From an uncultured Holophagales bacterium (GTDB lineage Bacteria > Acidobacteriota > Thermoanaerobaculia > Multivoradales > UBA5704), in assembly GCA_963842525.1 (NCBI GenBank), contig CAWJGT010000014.1, positions 1-64,000 of the forward strand: a stretch of DNA of 64,000 nucleotides, given 5' to 3'. Every line of letters begins with the position of its first letter. Within the stretch, counting starts at the first letter, position 1. Of this stretch, positions 1 through 8,708 are shown in pieces. The position numbers and the translations under genes were made by a program. The notes under the pieces are model-generated. The model was not told where the DNA came from. It searched no databases and was given only the letters and a program-made list of their open reading frames with translations.

Positions 1-1151
1 CCCCGGCCGATGCCGAGGTGATCGACGCGCGCGGCAAGTGGGTGACTCCGGGCCTGATCGATGCGCACTCGCACATCGGGGTCTATGCCTCGCCGGAAGT
101 CGAGGCGCACGGGGACGGCAACGAGCTGACCGACCCGGTCAGCGCCGACGTCTGGGCCGAGCACTCGATCTGGCCGCAGGACCCGCAGATCCCCCTGGCC
201 CTGGCCGGCGGCATCACCAGCCAGCACATCCTCCCCGGCTCGGGCGACCTGATCGGCGGCCGGTCCGTGACCATCAAGAACGTGCCGGGCCGCGCGGCGT
301 CGGACATGCGGTTCCCGGGCGCTCCGTACGGCCTCAAGATGGCCTGCGGCGAGAACCCGAAGCGGGTCTTCGGCGAGAAGGGGCGCGCCCCCTCGACGCG
401 CATGGGCAATATCGCCGGCACCCGCAAGGCCTGGGCCGATGCCGCCGAATACCGCCAGAAGTGGGACGAGTACCGCGGCAAGAAGGAGGCCAGCAAGGAG
501 GCCACGGAGCCGGCTCGCGACATCGAGAAGGAGACCCTGGCGGGCGTGCTCACCGGCGAGATCCTGGTCCAGAACCATTGCTACCGCGCCGACGAGATGC
601 TGACCATGATCCAGGTGGCGCACGAGTTCGGCTACAAGATCGCCGCCTTTCACCATGCCGTCGAGGCATACAAGATTGCCGACGTCCTTGCCGCCAACGG
701 CATCTGTGCTGCCATGTGGGGCGACGGCTGGGGCTTCAAGATGGAAGCTTTCGACGGCATCCGCGAAAACATTCCGCTGGTGGACCACCCCCAAGGGGGA
801 TGCGCCATCGTGCATTCCGATTCGGCCGAGCAGATCCAGCGGCTCAACCAGGAAGCCGGCAAGGCCATGGCCGCCGGCCGGCGCATGGGCTTCCCCCTGC
901 GCGAGGAGGACGCCATCCGCTGGCTGACGATCAACCCCGCGCGCGCCGTGGGGGTCGACAAGATGACAGGCTCCCTGGAGGAGGGGAAGATGGCCGACGT
1001 GGTGATCTGGAGCGGCAATCCGTTCAGCGTCTACAGCCGGGCGGAGAGGGTGTTCATCGACGGCGCCCTGATCTACGACCGCAACGATCCGGCGCGGCAG
1101 CCGGTGATGGACTTCGACCTCGGCATCCCGGGCATGGGAGGTGTGAAATGA
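1..1151 (+). CDS. Metal-dependent amidohydrolase (5' end outside window)
   Basis: IDARGKWVTPGLIDAHSH metal-binding HxH motif, HSD, and GSLEEGKMADVVIW C-terminal motif; the frame is open to the window edge. Confidence 0.9.
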   Translation, partial: PADAEVIDARGKWVTPGLIDAHSHIGVYASPEVEAHGDGNELTDPVSADVWAEHSIWPQDPQIPLALAGGITSQHILPGSGDLIGGRSVTIKNVPGRAASDMRFPGAPYGLKMACGENPKRVFGEKGRAPSTRMGNIAGTRKAWADAAEYRQKWDEYRGKKEASKEATEPARDIEKETLAGVLTGEILVQNHCYRADEMLTMIQVAHEFGYKIAAFHHAVEAYKIADVLAANGICAAMWGDGWGFKMEAFDGIRENIPLVDHPQGGCAIVHSDSAEQIQRLNQEAGKAMAAGRRMGFPLREEDAIRWLTINPARAVGVDKMTGSLEEGKMADVVIWSGNPFSVYSRAERVFIDGALIYDRNDPARQPVMDFDLGIPGMGGVK

Positions 1152-2593
1152 AACCTCACCCCCTGTCCCCCTCTCCCATCTCCCACCCGCCCTATCCCCG
1201 GGAGAGGGGGAACGTAGTTGAGGCGATTTGGCGAGGTCGGGCACAGCCGCTCCGCATGCGTCCCCCCTCTCCCGGCGGGGGGTGGAAGGGAGATGGGAGA
1301 GGGGGACAGGGGGTGAGGACCCTCAGCCTAGCCCTTCTCCTAAGCCTGCTATTCCTCCCCGTCTTCGCCCATGCCGAGACCGTCGCTCTCACCGGAGCCA
1401 CCGTCCACACGATGGGGCCTGCCGGGAAGATCGAAGGCGGCACGGTGGTGATCGAGAACGGTCGCGTCCGCGCGGTCGGCAAGGACGTGGCGGTGCCGGC
1501 TGGGGCGCGGCGGATCGATGTCCGCGGCAAGGTGGTGACTCCGGGCCTGTTCGACTCCATCAGCCGCATCGGCCTCGTCGAGGTGGGCGCCGTCGAGGGC
1601 TCGAACGACGCCGGCGTCGACGGCGACCGCTACACCGCAGCCTTCAGCGTGGCGGACGGGATCAACCCCCGCTCGACGCTGATCCCGATCAACCGCGTCA
1701 TGGGAGGCCTGACCCGCACGCTGGTGATGCCGAGCAACGGCGACACGCTGATCGGTGGCCAGGGCGCCCTCATCCACCTGGGCACAGAGCAGGGCGACTA
1801 CCTGCTGCGCTCCCCCGCCGCCATGCTCGCCGTGCTGGGCGAGGGTGGCGCGCAGCGAGTGGGCGGCGCGCGCGGGGCCGCCATGCTCCGCCTGCGTGAG
1901 GTCTTCCAGGACGCCCTCGACTTCGCCAGGAACCGGACCGCTTTCGAGAGCGGCGACCGGCGCGACTACTCCCTGTCGCGGCTCGACCTGGAGGCGTTGC
2001 AGCCGGTCGTCCGCGGCGAGATGCCGCTGGTGGTGGGCGTCGAGCGCGCGAGTGACATCGAAGCCCTGCTGCGACTGGCAAAGGAATACCGGCTGAAGCT
2101 GGTGCTGGCGGACGCCGTGGAGGCCTGGATGGTGGCCGACCAGCTCGCGGCGGCAAAGGTGCCGGTGCTGGTCAACGCCCTGAACAACCTGCCCGGCAGC
2201 TTCGAACGGCTCGGCGCGACCCTGGAGAACGCCGCCCGGCTGCACAAGGCCGGCGTGACGGTCGCCTTTATGACGGGCGACGCGCACACCGCCTTCAACC
2301 TCCGCCAGGCCGCCGGCAACGCCGTGACCTACGGCATGCCCTGGGACGCGGCCCTCGCCGCCATGACCACCGTTCCCGCCCGCATCTGGGGGATCGACGA
2401 CAGCTACGGCACCCTGGAGCCCGGCAAGGACGCCGACGTCGTGGTCTGGGACGGCGACCCGCTGGACGTCACCTCCACCGCCGAGCACGTCTTCATCCGC
2501 GGCGTCGAAGTCCCGATGGAATCCCGGCAGACCAAGCTGAGGGACCGCTACAAGGACCTCGGCAGCGGCCCGCCGGCGTACAGCAAGCCGTAG
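1148..2593 (+). CDS. Amidohydrolase-family protein, probable non-catalytic partner, secreted; start either ATG 1148 (coupled) or GTG 1313
   Basis: VTPGLFDSISRIG (HxH lost) and GTLEPGKDADVVVWDGDP; signal peptide MRTLSLALLLSLLFLPVFAHA from 1313; ATGA overlap with upstream stop. Confidence 0.85.
   Translation: MKPHPLSPSPISHPPYPRERGNVVEAIWRGRAQPLRMRPPSPGGGWKGDGRGGQGVRTLSLALLLSLLFLPVFAHAETVALTGATVHTMGPAGKIEGGTVVIENGRVRAVGKDVAVPAGARRIDVRGKVVTPGLFDSISRIGLVEVGAVEGSNDAGVDGDRYTAAFSVADGINPRSTLIPINRVMGGLTRTLVMPSNGDTLIGGQGALIHLGTEQGDYLLRSPAAMLAVLGEGGAQRVGGARGAAMLRLREVFQDALDFARNRTAFESGDRRDYSLSRLDLEALQPVVRGEMPLVVGVERASDIEALLRLAKEYRLKLVLADAVEAWMVADQLAAAKVPVLVNALNNLPGSFERLGATLENAARLHKAGVTVAFMTGDAHTAFNLRQAAGNAVTYGMPWDAALAAMTTVPARIWGIDDSYGTLEPGKDADVVVWDGDPLDVTSTAEHVFIRGVEVPMESRQTKLRDRYKDLGSGPPAYSKP
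1154..1318. repeat. Palindromic REP/MITE-like element, family A (CCTCACCCCC..CCCTCTCCC / GGGAGAGGG..GGGGGTGAGG)
   Basis: Long terminal inverted repeats plus inner hairpins; closely related copy at 28634-28797. Confidence 0.9.
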
Positions 2594-2594
2594 C

Positions 2595-2731
2595 GCCCCT
2601 CACCCCCCTGGCCCCCCTCTCCCATCCGCCCTCCCGGTCCCCCGGGAGAGGGGGAAGGGATGGTCTTGGGCTAATCTCCCCTCTCCCGAGGGATGGGAGG
2701 GCGGATGGGAGAGGGGCCGGGGGTGAGGGGC
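2595..2731. repeat. Family A palindromic element between convergent genes
   Basis: GCCCCTCACCCCC...GGGGGTGAGGGGC terminal inverted repeats. Confidence 0.9.
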
Positions 2732-2735
2732 CTCT

Positions 2736-4568
2736 TTACCTCATCCCGAGCAGCCGCAGGACGCCGAGGCTCAGCGCCGGGACATAGGTGATCAGAAGCA
2801 CGCCAATTCCCAGGATCGCGAGGAACGGGAGGACGTGCCGATAGAGCTCCGGCAGGCGCTTGCCGAACCGCGACGAGGAGAGGAAGAGGTTCAAGCCCAC
2901 CGGCGGGAACAGGAAGCCCAGCTCCAGGTTGGCCAGGAAGATGATCCCGAGGTGGATCGGGTCGACGCCGAAGGCGAGCCCCAGGGGCACGACGAGCGGC
3001 GCCAGGATGATGATCGCCGAGTAGATCTCGAGCACGCTCCCCAGGACGAGCAGGATCAGGTTGAGCGCGAGCAGGAACAGGAGCTGCGACTCGATGTGGG
3101 TCGTGACCCAGGAGAGGAGCTGGTCCGGAATCTGGGCGTCGACGAGATAGCTGGTCAGGCCCAGCGCCGAGGCGAGGAGGATGAGGACCGCGCCGGTCAG
3201 GATGGAGGACTTGACGAGCGCCTGCGGGATGCCCCGGACGGGGTGGAGGTCGCGGGTCAGAGCGCACTCGACGAGAGATGGCGTACAGGAGCGCCGCGGC
3301 GGCGGTCTCGACCAGGCTCGTGATCCCGGAGAGGAACAGCGCCACCACGACCACCGGCAGGAGGAGCTCCCACTTCGCCTCCCAGGCCGAGCGGCCAAGC
3401 TCCCGCCAGGCGAAGCGCTGGCGCGTAGCGCATCGCTCTTGGCCCCCACCCAGACGCCGTAGAGGGCGACGAGGACGACGAGCAGCAGTCCGGGCAGCAG
3501 GCCGGCCAGGTAGAGCTGGTCGGCGGGCGCGCTCATCTCGCGGCTGCCGGCGACGACACTGTAGAGGATCACCGGCAGGCTGGGCGGAAACAGCAGGCCC
3601 AGGCTCCCGGCGGCGGTGACGAGACCGAGGGAGAAACCCTCGCTGTATCCCTCCTCGCGCAGCATGGGATAGACCAGGCCGCCCAGGGCGATGATCGTCA
3701 CGCCCGACCCGCCGGTGAAGGTCGTGAAGAGCGCGCACACCGCGGCGACCATGACCGCGACGCCGCCCGGCATCCAGCCGAAGAGGGCGCGGAAGAAACG
3801 CACCAGGCGTGACGAGGCCCGGCTCTCCGCCAGGATGTAGCCGCACGCGGTCAGCAGCGGGATCGCCGGCAGGGTCGGCGAAGCGATCAGGCGGTAGATC
3901 TCGGCCGGGACCGCCGAGACCGGCACGCCATCCTTATAGAAGAGGACCAGCGCCAGGCCTCCCATGGCGGTGAACACCGGCGCGCCCAGCAGCGCAGCAG
4001 CCAGGATCAGCAGTGCCAGCGGCCAGGCGAGCGCCGCCGCGAAGCTGCCGAGGGCGCCCAGGCCGAAAGCGCCGCCCGCCGCGGCCAGGGCCACAGGCCG
4101 GGTCCGCCAGCTCTCGGAGGCCCGCCAGGCGAAGCGGAGGGCGATCAGACCGAGCGCGACCGGCATCACGCACTCGGACACCCATTCCGGGAGGCCGCCC
4201 GGCAGGATCTTGCCCTGCTCGCGGTCGGCGAGGACCACCTGCCAGGCGCCATACGCCAGCACCGCCGCCACCGCCGCGGCCACGCTTCCCGCGACCAAGG
4301 CGGCCGCGCGGCGCCAACGTCCCTCTTCGAACAGCTCGGCCGTGGACAGCGTCAGATGCTGGCCCTCGCGCGTGGCAAGGAGCCCGCCCAGAAAGGCCAG
4401 CCAGAGGGTGATCTGCTGGAGGTAGGGCGCACCCCCCGGGATGTGGAAGCCGCCGAGGGGCCTGCCCACGACGTCGATCAGGGGTAGGGCCATCGCGGCG
4501 AGCAGCGCCGCCACGAGGAGCGCCTCTTCGACGCGGTGCAGGAGGCGCGCAGGCGCTGCGGGGCTCAC
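2736..4568 (-). CDS. dctM: TRAP transporter fused small/large permease (DctQM), with two compensating frameshifts at ~3280 and ~3430
   Basis: AGSLGLLFPPSLPVILY, DPIHLGIIFLANLELGFLFPPVGLNLF; the segment WEAKWELLLPVVVVALFLSG lies in another frame; GTG start overlaps the dctP stop. Confidence 0.85.
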   Translation of the reverse strand: MSPAAPARLLHRVEEALLVAALLAAMALPLIDVVGRPLGGFHIPGGAPYLQQITLWLAFLGGLLATREGQHLTLSTAELFEEGRWRRAAALVAGSVAAAVAAVLAYGAWQVVLADREQGKILPGGLPEWVSECVMPVALGLIALRFAWRASESWRTRPVALAAAGGAFGLGALGSFAAALAWPLALLILAAALLGAPVFTAMGGLALVLFYKDGVPVSAVPAEIYRLIASPTLPAIPLLTACGYILAESRASSRLVRFFRALFGWMPGGVAVMVAAVCALFTTFTGGSGVTIIALGGLVYPMLREEGYSEGFSLGLVTAAGSLGLLFPPSLPVILYSVVAGSREMSAPADQLYLAGLLPGLLLVVLVALYGVWVGAKSDALRASASPGGSLAARPGRRSGSSSCRWSWWRCSSPGSRAWSRPPPRRSCTPSLVECALTRDLHPVRGIPQALVKSSILTGAVLILLASALGLTSYLVDAQIPDQLLSWVTTHIESQLLFLLALNLILLVLGSVLEIYSAIIILAPLVVPLGLAFGVDPIHLGIIFLANLELGFLFPPVGLNLFLSSSRFGKRLPELYRHVLPFLAILGIGVLLITYVPALSLGVLRLLGMR

Positions 4569-5602
4569 CGTGGATTCGCAGCCTTGTGCGCGGCGCGCCA
4601 GGCATCGCGGGCGCGCAACGCCTGGTCGAAGGCATCGGCGGGCACGATGGTTCCGCGAACCCTGGGATACAGCCCCTCGGCCAGCTTGCGCCATTCCTGG
4701 CGCGCCGCAACGGGCACCGGCACCACCACCAGACCTCGTTTCTTCATGGCCTCGATGTCGCGGGCCGCCCCGGCCTTCATCTCCTCGCGCAGGCGCCGGC
4801 CCGCCTTCTCGGCCGTGGCCCGCAGCTTGCCCTGCACATCGGCGGGGATCTTGTCCCAGGTGCCCTTGTTGATCACCACAGCCCCGAGGAGCATCTGCCA
4901 CTCGAGATCGGTCATGTACTTGGCCTGGTTGTAGTACTGCGCGATGAGCGCCACCCCCGGTGGAGCGCCGAAGGCCTGCACCAGGCCGGTCTGGAGCGCC
5001 GTGGAGAGCTCGGTCGACGGCAGCGGCACCGGGTTGAAGCGCGCCGCCTTGAGCAGCTCGACCGCCTCGGTGTCGCCCGCCCAACTGAAGAGCTTGAGCG
5101 CACGCAGGTCATCGGGCTTCGCCACCGGCTTCTGGCTGAAAAACCGTACCCAGCCGCCGTCCGCCCAGGCCAGGACGACGAATCCCTTGGCCGCGAGCTT
5201 CGCCTCCAGCCCGGGACGCAGCCGCTCCAGCACACCATAGACCTCGTCGTAGGAGTCGTACATCATCGGCACGCCCAGGGCATAGACCGACTTGTCGACC
5301 TCCGCGAGGCCGGCCACGGTCAGCACGCCGGCGTTGAGGGTGCCGAGCCGCATCTTGCGCACCACGTCCGGATCGTCGCCGGCGACTCCGCCGGGATAGA
5401 GGCGGACGGTGACCTTCCCGCCGGAAGCGGTCTTCCACTCCTCCGCCATCTGCTGCAGGATGAGATGCCACGACGACCCCTGGGGGACGAGCGTGGCCAT
5501 CTTCACCGTCGTCTGCGCTGCCGCGGGCGGAGCCGATGCCGTGAGAAGAGCGACGAGCGCTATGAAGAAGAGGCCGGATCGTTTCGCAGGTTGTCCAAAC
5601 AT
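4565..5602 (-). CDS. dctP: TRAP substrate-binding protein DctP (TatP-like)
   Basis: Signal peptide, then VKMATLVPQGSSW...LYPGGVAGDDPDVVRKMRLG; adjacent to the permease. Confidence 0.9.
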   Translation of the reverse strand: MFGQPAKRSGLFFIALVALLTASAPPAAAQTTVKMATLVPQGSSWHLILQQMAEEWKTASGGKVTVRLYPGGVAGDDPDVVRKMRLGTLNAGVLTVAGLAEVDKSVYALGVPMMYDSYDEVYGVLERLRPGLEAKLAAKGFVVLAWADGGWVRFFSQKPVAKPDDLRALKLFSWAGDTEAVELLKAARFNPVPLPSTELSTALQTGLVQAFGAPPGVALIAQYYNQAKYMTDLEWQMLLGAVVINKGTWDKIPADVQGKLRATAEKAGRRLREEMKAGAARDIEAMKKRGLVVVPVPVAARQEWRKLAEGLYPRVRGTIVPADAFDQALRARDAWRAAHKAANPR

Positions 5603-5633
5603 GGCTTGAGCCACCTCTCTCGACGCGTTGCAG

Positions 5634-6569
5634 TCATTCGATGAACAGCTCGTCCATGCGCCCGAGGAGCCAACGCGCCCGGCGCTGAGCAATCAGGTTT
5701 GCCAGCCGCTGCTCTGGAGCGGCGTCGGGATCGAGCGCCAAGGCCTGTTGGAGCAGGCGCTCGAAATCGGCGCGGTCCTGCGTGGCCACGCTCACGGTCT
5801 CGGCGAAGCTCACGAGCGGCCCGGCCCGCTTTCCCCGCGCGAGCGCCATGGCGCGGTCGAGGTGCTCCCGCGCCTTGGCCGCCGAGCCGCCTACCGAAGC
5901 CCGGGAGCCCTCGTAGACGAGGAAGAAATCGTGCAGGGCCCCCAGCGCGTAGCCCTCGTCGAGCGCCAGCGCGCGGCGCATCATCCCTTCGACGGCGCCG
6001 AGGTCGGCGGCCAGCTCCGCGTCGGCCTTGTCGAGCGCGATGGCCGCCGCCCAGGCGTTGCCGGTCCAGTAGAGCAGCGGCACGTGCTCCTTCCTCAGCC
6101 CGGCCAGCGCCTGCTCCGCCGCGCCCGGATCGGCCTGGAGCCGCGCCCGCAGGCCGGGAAAGTCGACCTCGAGGCCGCGCCAGCCATACCCCAGGGCCCG
6201 CAGGTAGAGGCGTCGCGCCCGGGCGCGCAACTCGGTCGCACGCCCGAGGTCGGCCGCCTCCACGAAGTCGGCCTCCTGCTGCACGAAGGCATACGCGTAT
6301 TGGGTGAAGCCGCTGGCTGCGGCAAGAAGGAGATTCCGGTTCCCCGGGTCCTGGGCGAGGAGCGCCTCGATCGTCTTGAGGCCGAAGGGCAGCGCCGCAG
6401 CCACCAGCTCGGGATCGTCGTCGGACGCGTAGACGTCGGAGCCGCTCGCCAGGGCATTCCCCAACGATCGGATCGCCACGCGCCGCACCGAGCAGCCGGC
6501 CAGCGCCAGAGCGACCACGCCCACGAGCACCCCACGCGACACCCTCGACCAGACCCCGGCGCTCACCAT
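5634..6569 (-). CDS. tatT: TRAP transporter TatT component (TPR lipoprotein)
   Basis: Lipobox LAGC; DDDPELVAAALPFGLKTIEALL..GFTQYAYAFV; position upstream of dctP. Confidence 0.85.
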   Translation of the reverse strand: MVSAGVWSRVSRGVLVGVVALALAGCSVRRVAIRSLGNALASGSDVYASDDDPELVAAALPFGLKTIEALLAQDPGNRNLLLAAASGFTQYAYAFVQQEADFVEAADLGRATELRARARRLYLRALGYGWRGLEVDFPGLRARLQADPGAAEQALAGLRKEHVPLLYWTGNAWAAAIALDKADAELAADLGAVEGMMRRALALDEGYALGALHDFFLVYEGSRASVGGSAAKAREHLDRAMALARGKRAGPLVSFAETVSVATQDRADFERLLQQALALDPDAAPEQRLANLIAQRRARWLLGRMDELFIE

Positions 6570-6653
6570 GGTTTGATTATCTCAGAAAGCGGTCTGTGTG
6601 CTCGTGACAGATCGGGTCCCTCGTTCCCGACTGGAGTCTGGTAGAGTCGAACC

Positions 6654-6839
6654 ATGGACGAGCCGCGGCTCCCCATCGAGCCCGATCCGGTCATCGAAGC
6701 CTATAAGAAGGACGTAGACCGGACCCTCCTCCGGGAGAACCTCAAGCTGAGCGTCGAGGAGCGGTTGCGTAACCTGATGCGGCACCAGCGCTTTGCCGAG
6801 GAGATGAGGCGGGCCGGGCGGCAGGCCTTCCGTGGTTGA
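6654..6839 (+). CDS. Small protein (DVDRTLLRENLKLSVEERLR), probable partner of the nucleotidyltransferase
   Basis: 61 aa, overlaps the next gene; TAGAGT -10 element 6 nt before ATG. Confidence 0.7.
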   Translation: MDEPRLPIEPDPVIEAYKKDVDRTLLRENLKLSVEERLRNLMRHQRFAEEMRRAGRQAFRG

Positions 6840-7302
6840 TCTCGAGCAAATCCTCCCGGCTCTGAGCAGAGCCGGAGTCGAGCTCATCATCGTGGGCGGG
6901 GTGGCCGCGATCATTCATGGTTCGGCCCGCCTCACCCAGGATCTCGACATCGTCTATCGCCGGACTCCGGACAACATCGTCCGCCTTGCGACGGCGCTGA
7001 AGCCCTTCTCCCCGTACCTCCGTGGCGCGCCGCCGGGGCTGCCCTTCCGGTGGGACCCCGAGACGATCCAGAGAGGGCTCAATTTCACCCTCGTCACCAG
7101 CGCCGGCCCGCTGGACGTTCTGGGAGAGATCGCGGGCGGGGGCACCTACGAGACTCTGATCCCCCACAGCCGGAAACTGTCCGTCTTTGGCATCGAGTGT
7201 TACTGCCTGGGACTGGATCGCCTGATCCAGGCGAAACGAGACGCCGGCCGCCCCAAGGACCTCGAAGCCATCGCAGAGCTGGAAGCGCTACGCGAGGAAT
7301 GA
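6832..7302 (+). CDS. Nucleotidyltransferase-fold protein
   Basis: IIVGGVAAIIHGSARLTQDLDI (GG..T.DxD motif) and C-terminal KRDAGRPKD. Confidence 0.8.
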   Translation: MVDLEQILPALSRAGVELIIVGGVAAIIHGSARLTQDLDIVYRRTPDNIVRLATALKPFSPYLRGAPPGLPFRWDPETIQRGLNFTLVTSAGPLDVLGEIAGGGTYETLIPHSRKLSVFGIECYCLGLDRLIQAKRDAGRPKDLEAIAELEALREE

Positions 7303-7439
7303 GATTCTTCGATCGTTTGATCGGCTCTTCGCCCCACTAGGTCACCGGGCCGACTTGGAGGTGCTCGCCGACGGCACCTTCCCAGCCTTCAGGGACGCTC
7401 GGCGGATTCGAGCTCATCGGGCTCTCCTCAACCGTCGCA

Positions 7440-8090
7440 CAGCTTGCGCAAGGCGGCGCAAAGGGACCGAACGGCGTCGCGAAGGGTGCGAAGTTCGGCG
7501 CAAAGGCTGGCTTGACAGCGGGCGATAGCGGAAGACCGGAGGCATGTCCAGGCTGCGAGTCGCAAAGAACGCGTACAGTGCGCCGTTGTCCGCGATCACC
7601 ACGGCGCTTCCATCGCAACTGGACCGGCTCAACGGATCGACAGCGGCGCAAACCAGATCCTTTGCGCCGAAAAGAGGATTCCTTGCGACATAAGAGGAAT
7701 CATTGCGACGAACTGCGCGCGCAACGCATCGAAAAAGACATCCTTTGCGCCGAGTGACTGACCCGTTGCGCCGCACCCTGCGCCAATGGTCGCAAAAGAT
7801 GCCTGTTTTGAGACGCTCCATGGGCCCAGCGGCGCAAAAGATTCGACCAGCACGACGGCGCGGAGGCTCTCCGGAGCCCGTGCAGTTGACAGCTTCACGA
7901 AAGAAGCCCGCCACGGCGCACAGGATGGATTCATTGCGACGCTGAATCGATTTTTTGCGGCGCCGAACGCATACAGAGTCGCAATAAATCGATGCAGTGC
8001 GACTCTGTATCGATTCTTCGCGACGTGAGATCGATGTCGTGCGACGCTCAACGGCTTCGGCGGCGCAAAGGAGTCCCCGTTTGCACCGCT
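7440..8090. repeat. Degenerate 21-bp periodic tract
   Basis: TGCG at 7663, 7684, 7704, 7746, 7767, 7935, 7956, 7998, 8040 (21-bp phase with one 1-bp slip); hairpin 7971-8010. Confidence 0.7.
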
Positions 8091-8102
8091 CTGGGGATGC
8101 TG

Positions 8103-8708
8103 TCAAGCCCTCAGCAGGGCTTCCAGCGTCGTGAACAGCCTGTCGCAGTGCCGGGCACGCTGACGGACGACTTCTGGACGAATGCTCTTCAGCAGATCCG
8201 GACAATGGTGGGTCTTGTGAACCGCCTTTTCTGCGTCCCCATGGTGGCTCGCTCCAGGGCCGTCATGAGGTCCCGTTTCTCGATCGCCTCAACATCCTTC
8301 CGAGGTGGAATGGCGTTGGCGTGGAAGTTGGCTCCGTAGTACTCGGCGAGAACCTGAGGATCGGCCAGAAGCCACGCCTCGACGGCATGGACCATCAGGT
8401 GGCAATGCTCCTCTTGAAGCCCGGCACAGCTCCAGCCATCCTGCTGCTGAAGGTGCTCCAAGGGGGGGCGGGTAACGTGAGATTCGGAATCGAGCAGCAG
8501 GATGCAGAGCATCCGGATGGGTCAAAGCCGTCCGAACTTCGTGAAAGTGGCATCGCGAGAACCGCAAGCCATGAGGCACCAGCGGATCCCTTTCTCGTGC
8601 GAGACCAGCGAAGTCGAGCCGAGGAATGGACTAAAGCCCGCCCGCCGCCTCTCGTCATCGCTTTGCCGTCCCGCCACCCTCCACATAGATCCGGATCTCG
8701 CTCACCAT
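8103..8708 (-). CDS. DUF4276-family (TOPRIM-like) protein, several frameshifts
   Basis: Pieces in different frames: MVSEIRIYVEGGG, MACGSRDATF, LLLDSE, CHLMVHAVEAWLLADP, HCDRLFTTL*; coupled to the AAA ATPase. Confidence 0.75.

Noticed and set aside
38-1147. N-terminal 370 aa of the 851-aa ORF
   Set aside because: Arg/Pro-rich alternate frame of the first amidohydrolase; the real gene starts at 1148 or 1313.
7337-8205. ORFs across the 21-bp periodic tract
   Set aside because: Several overlapping ORFs on both strands with low-complexity Arg/Cys composition; none stands out as coding.
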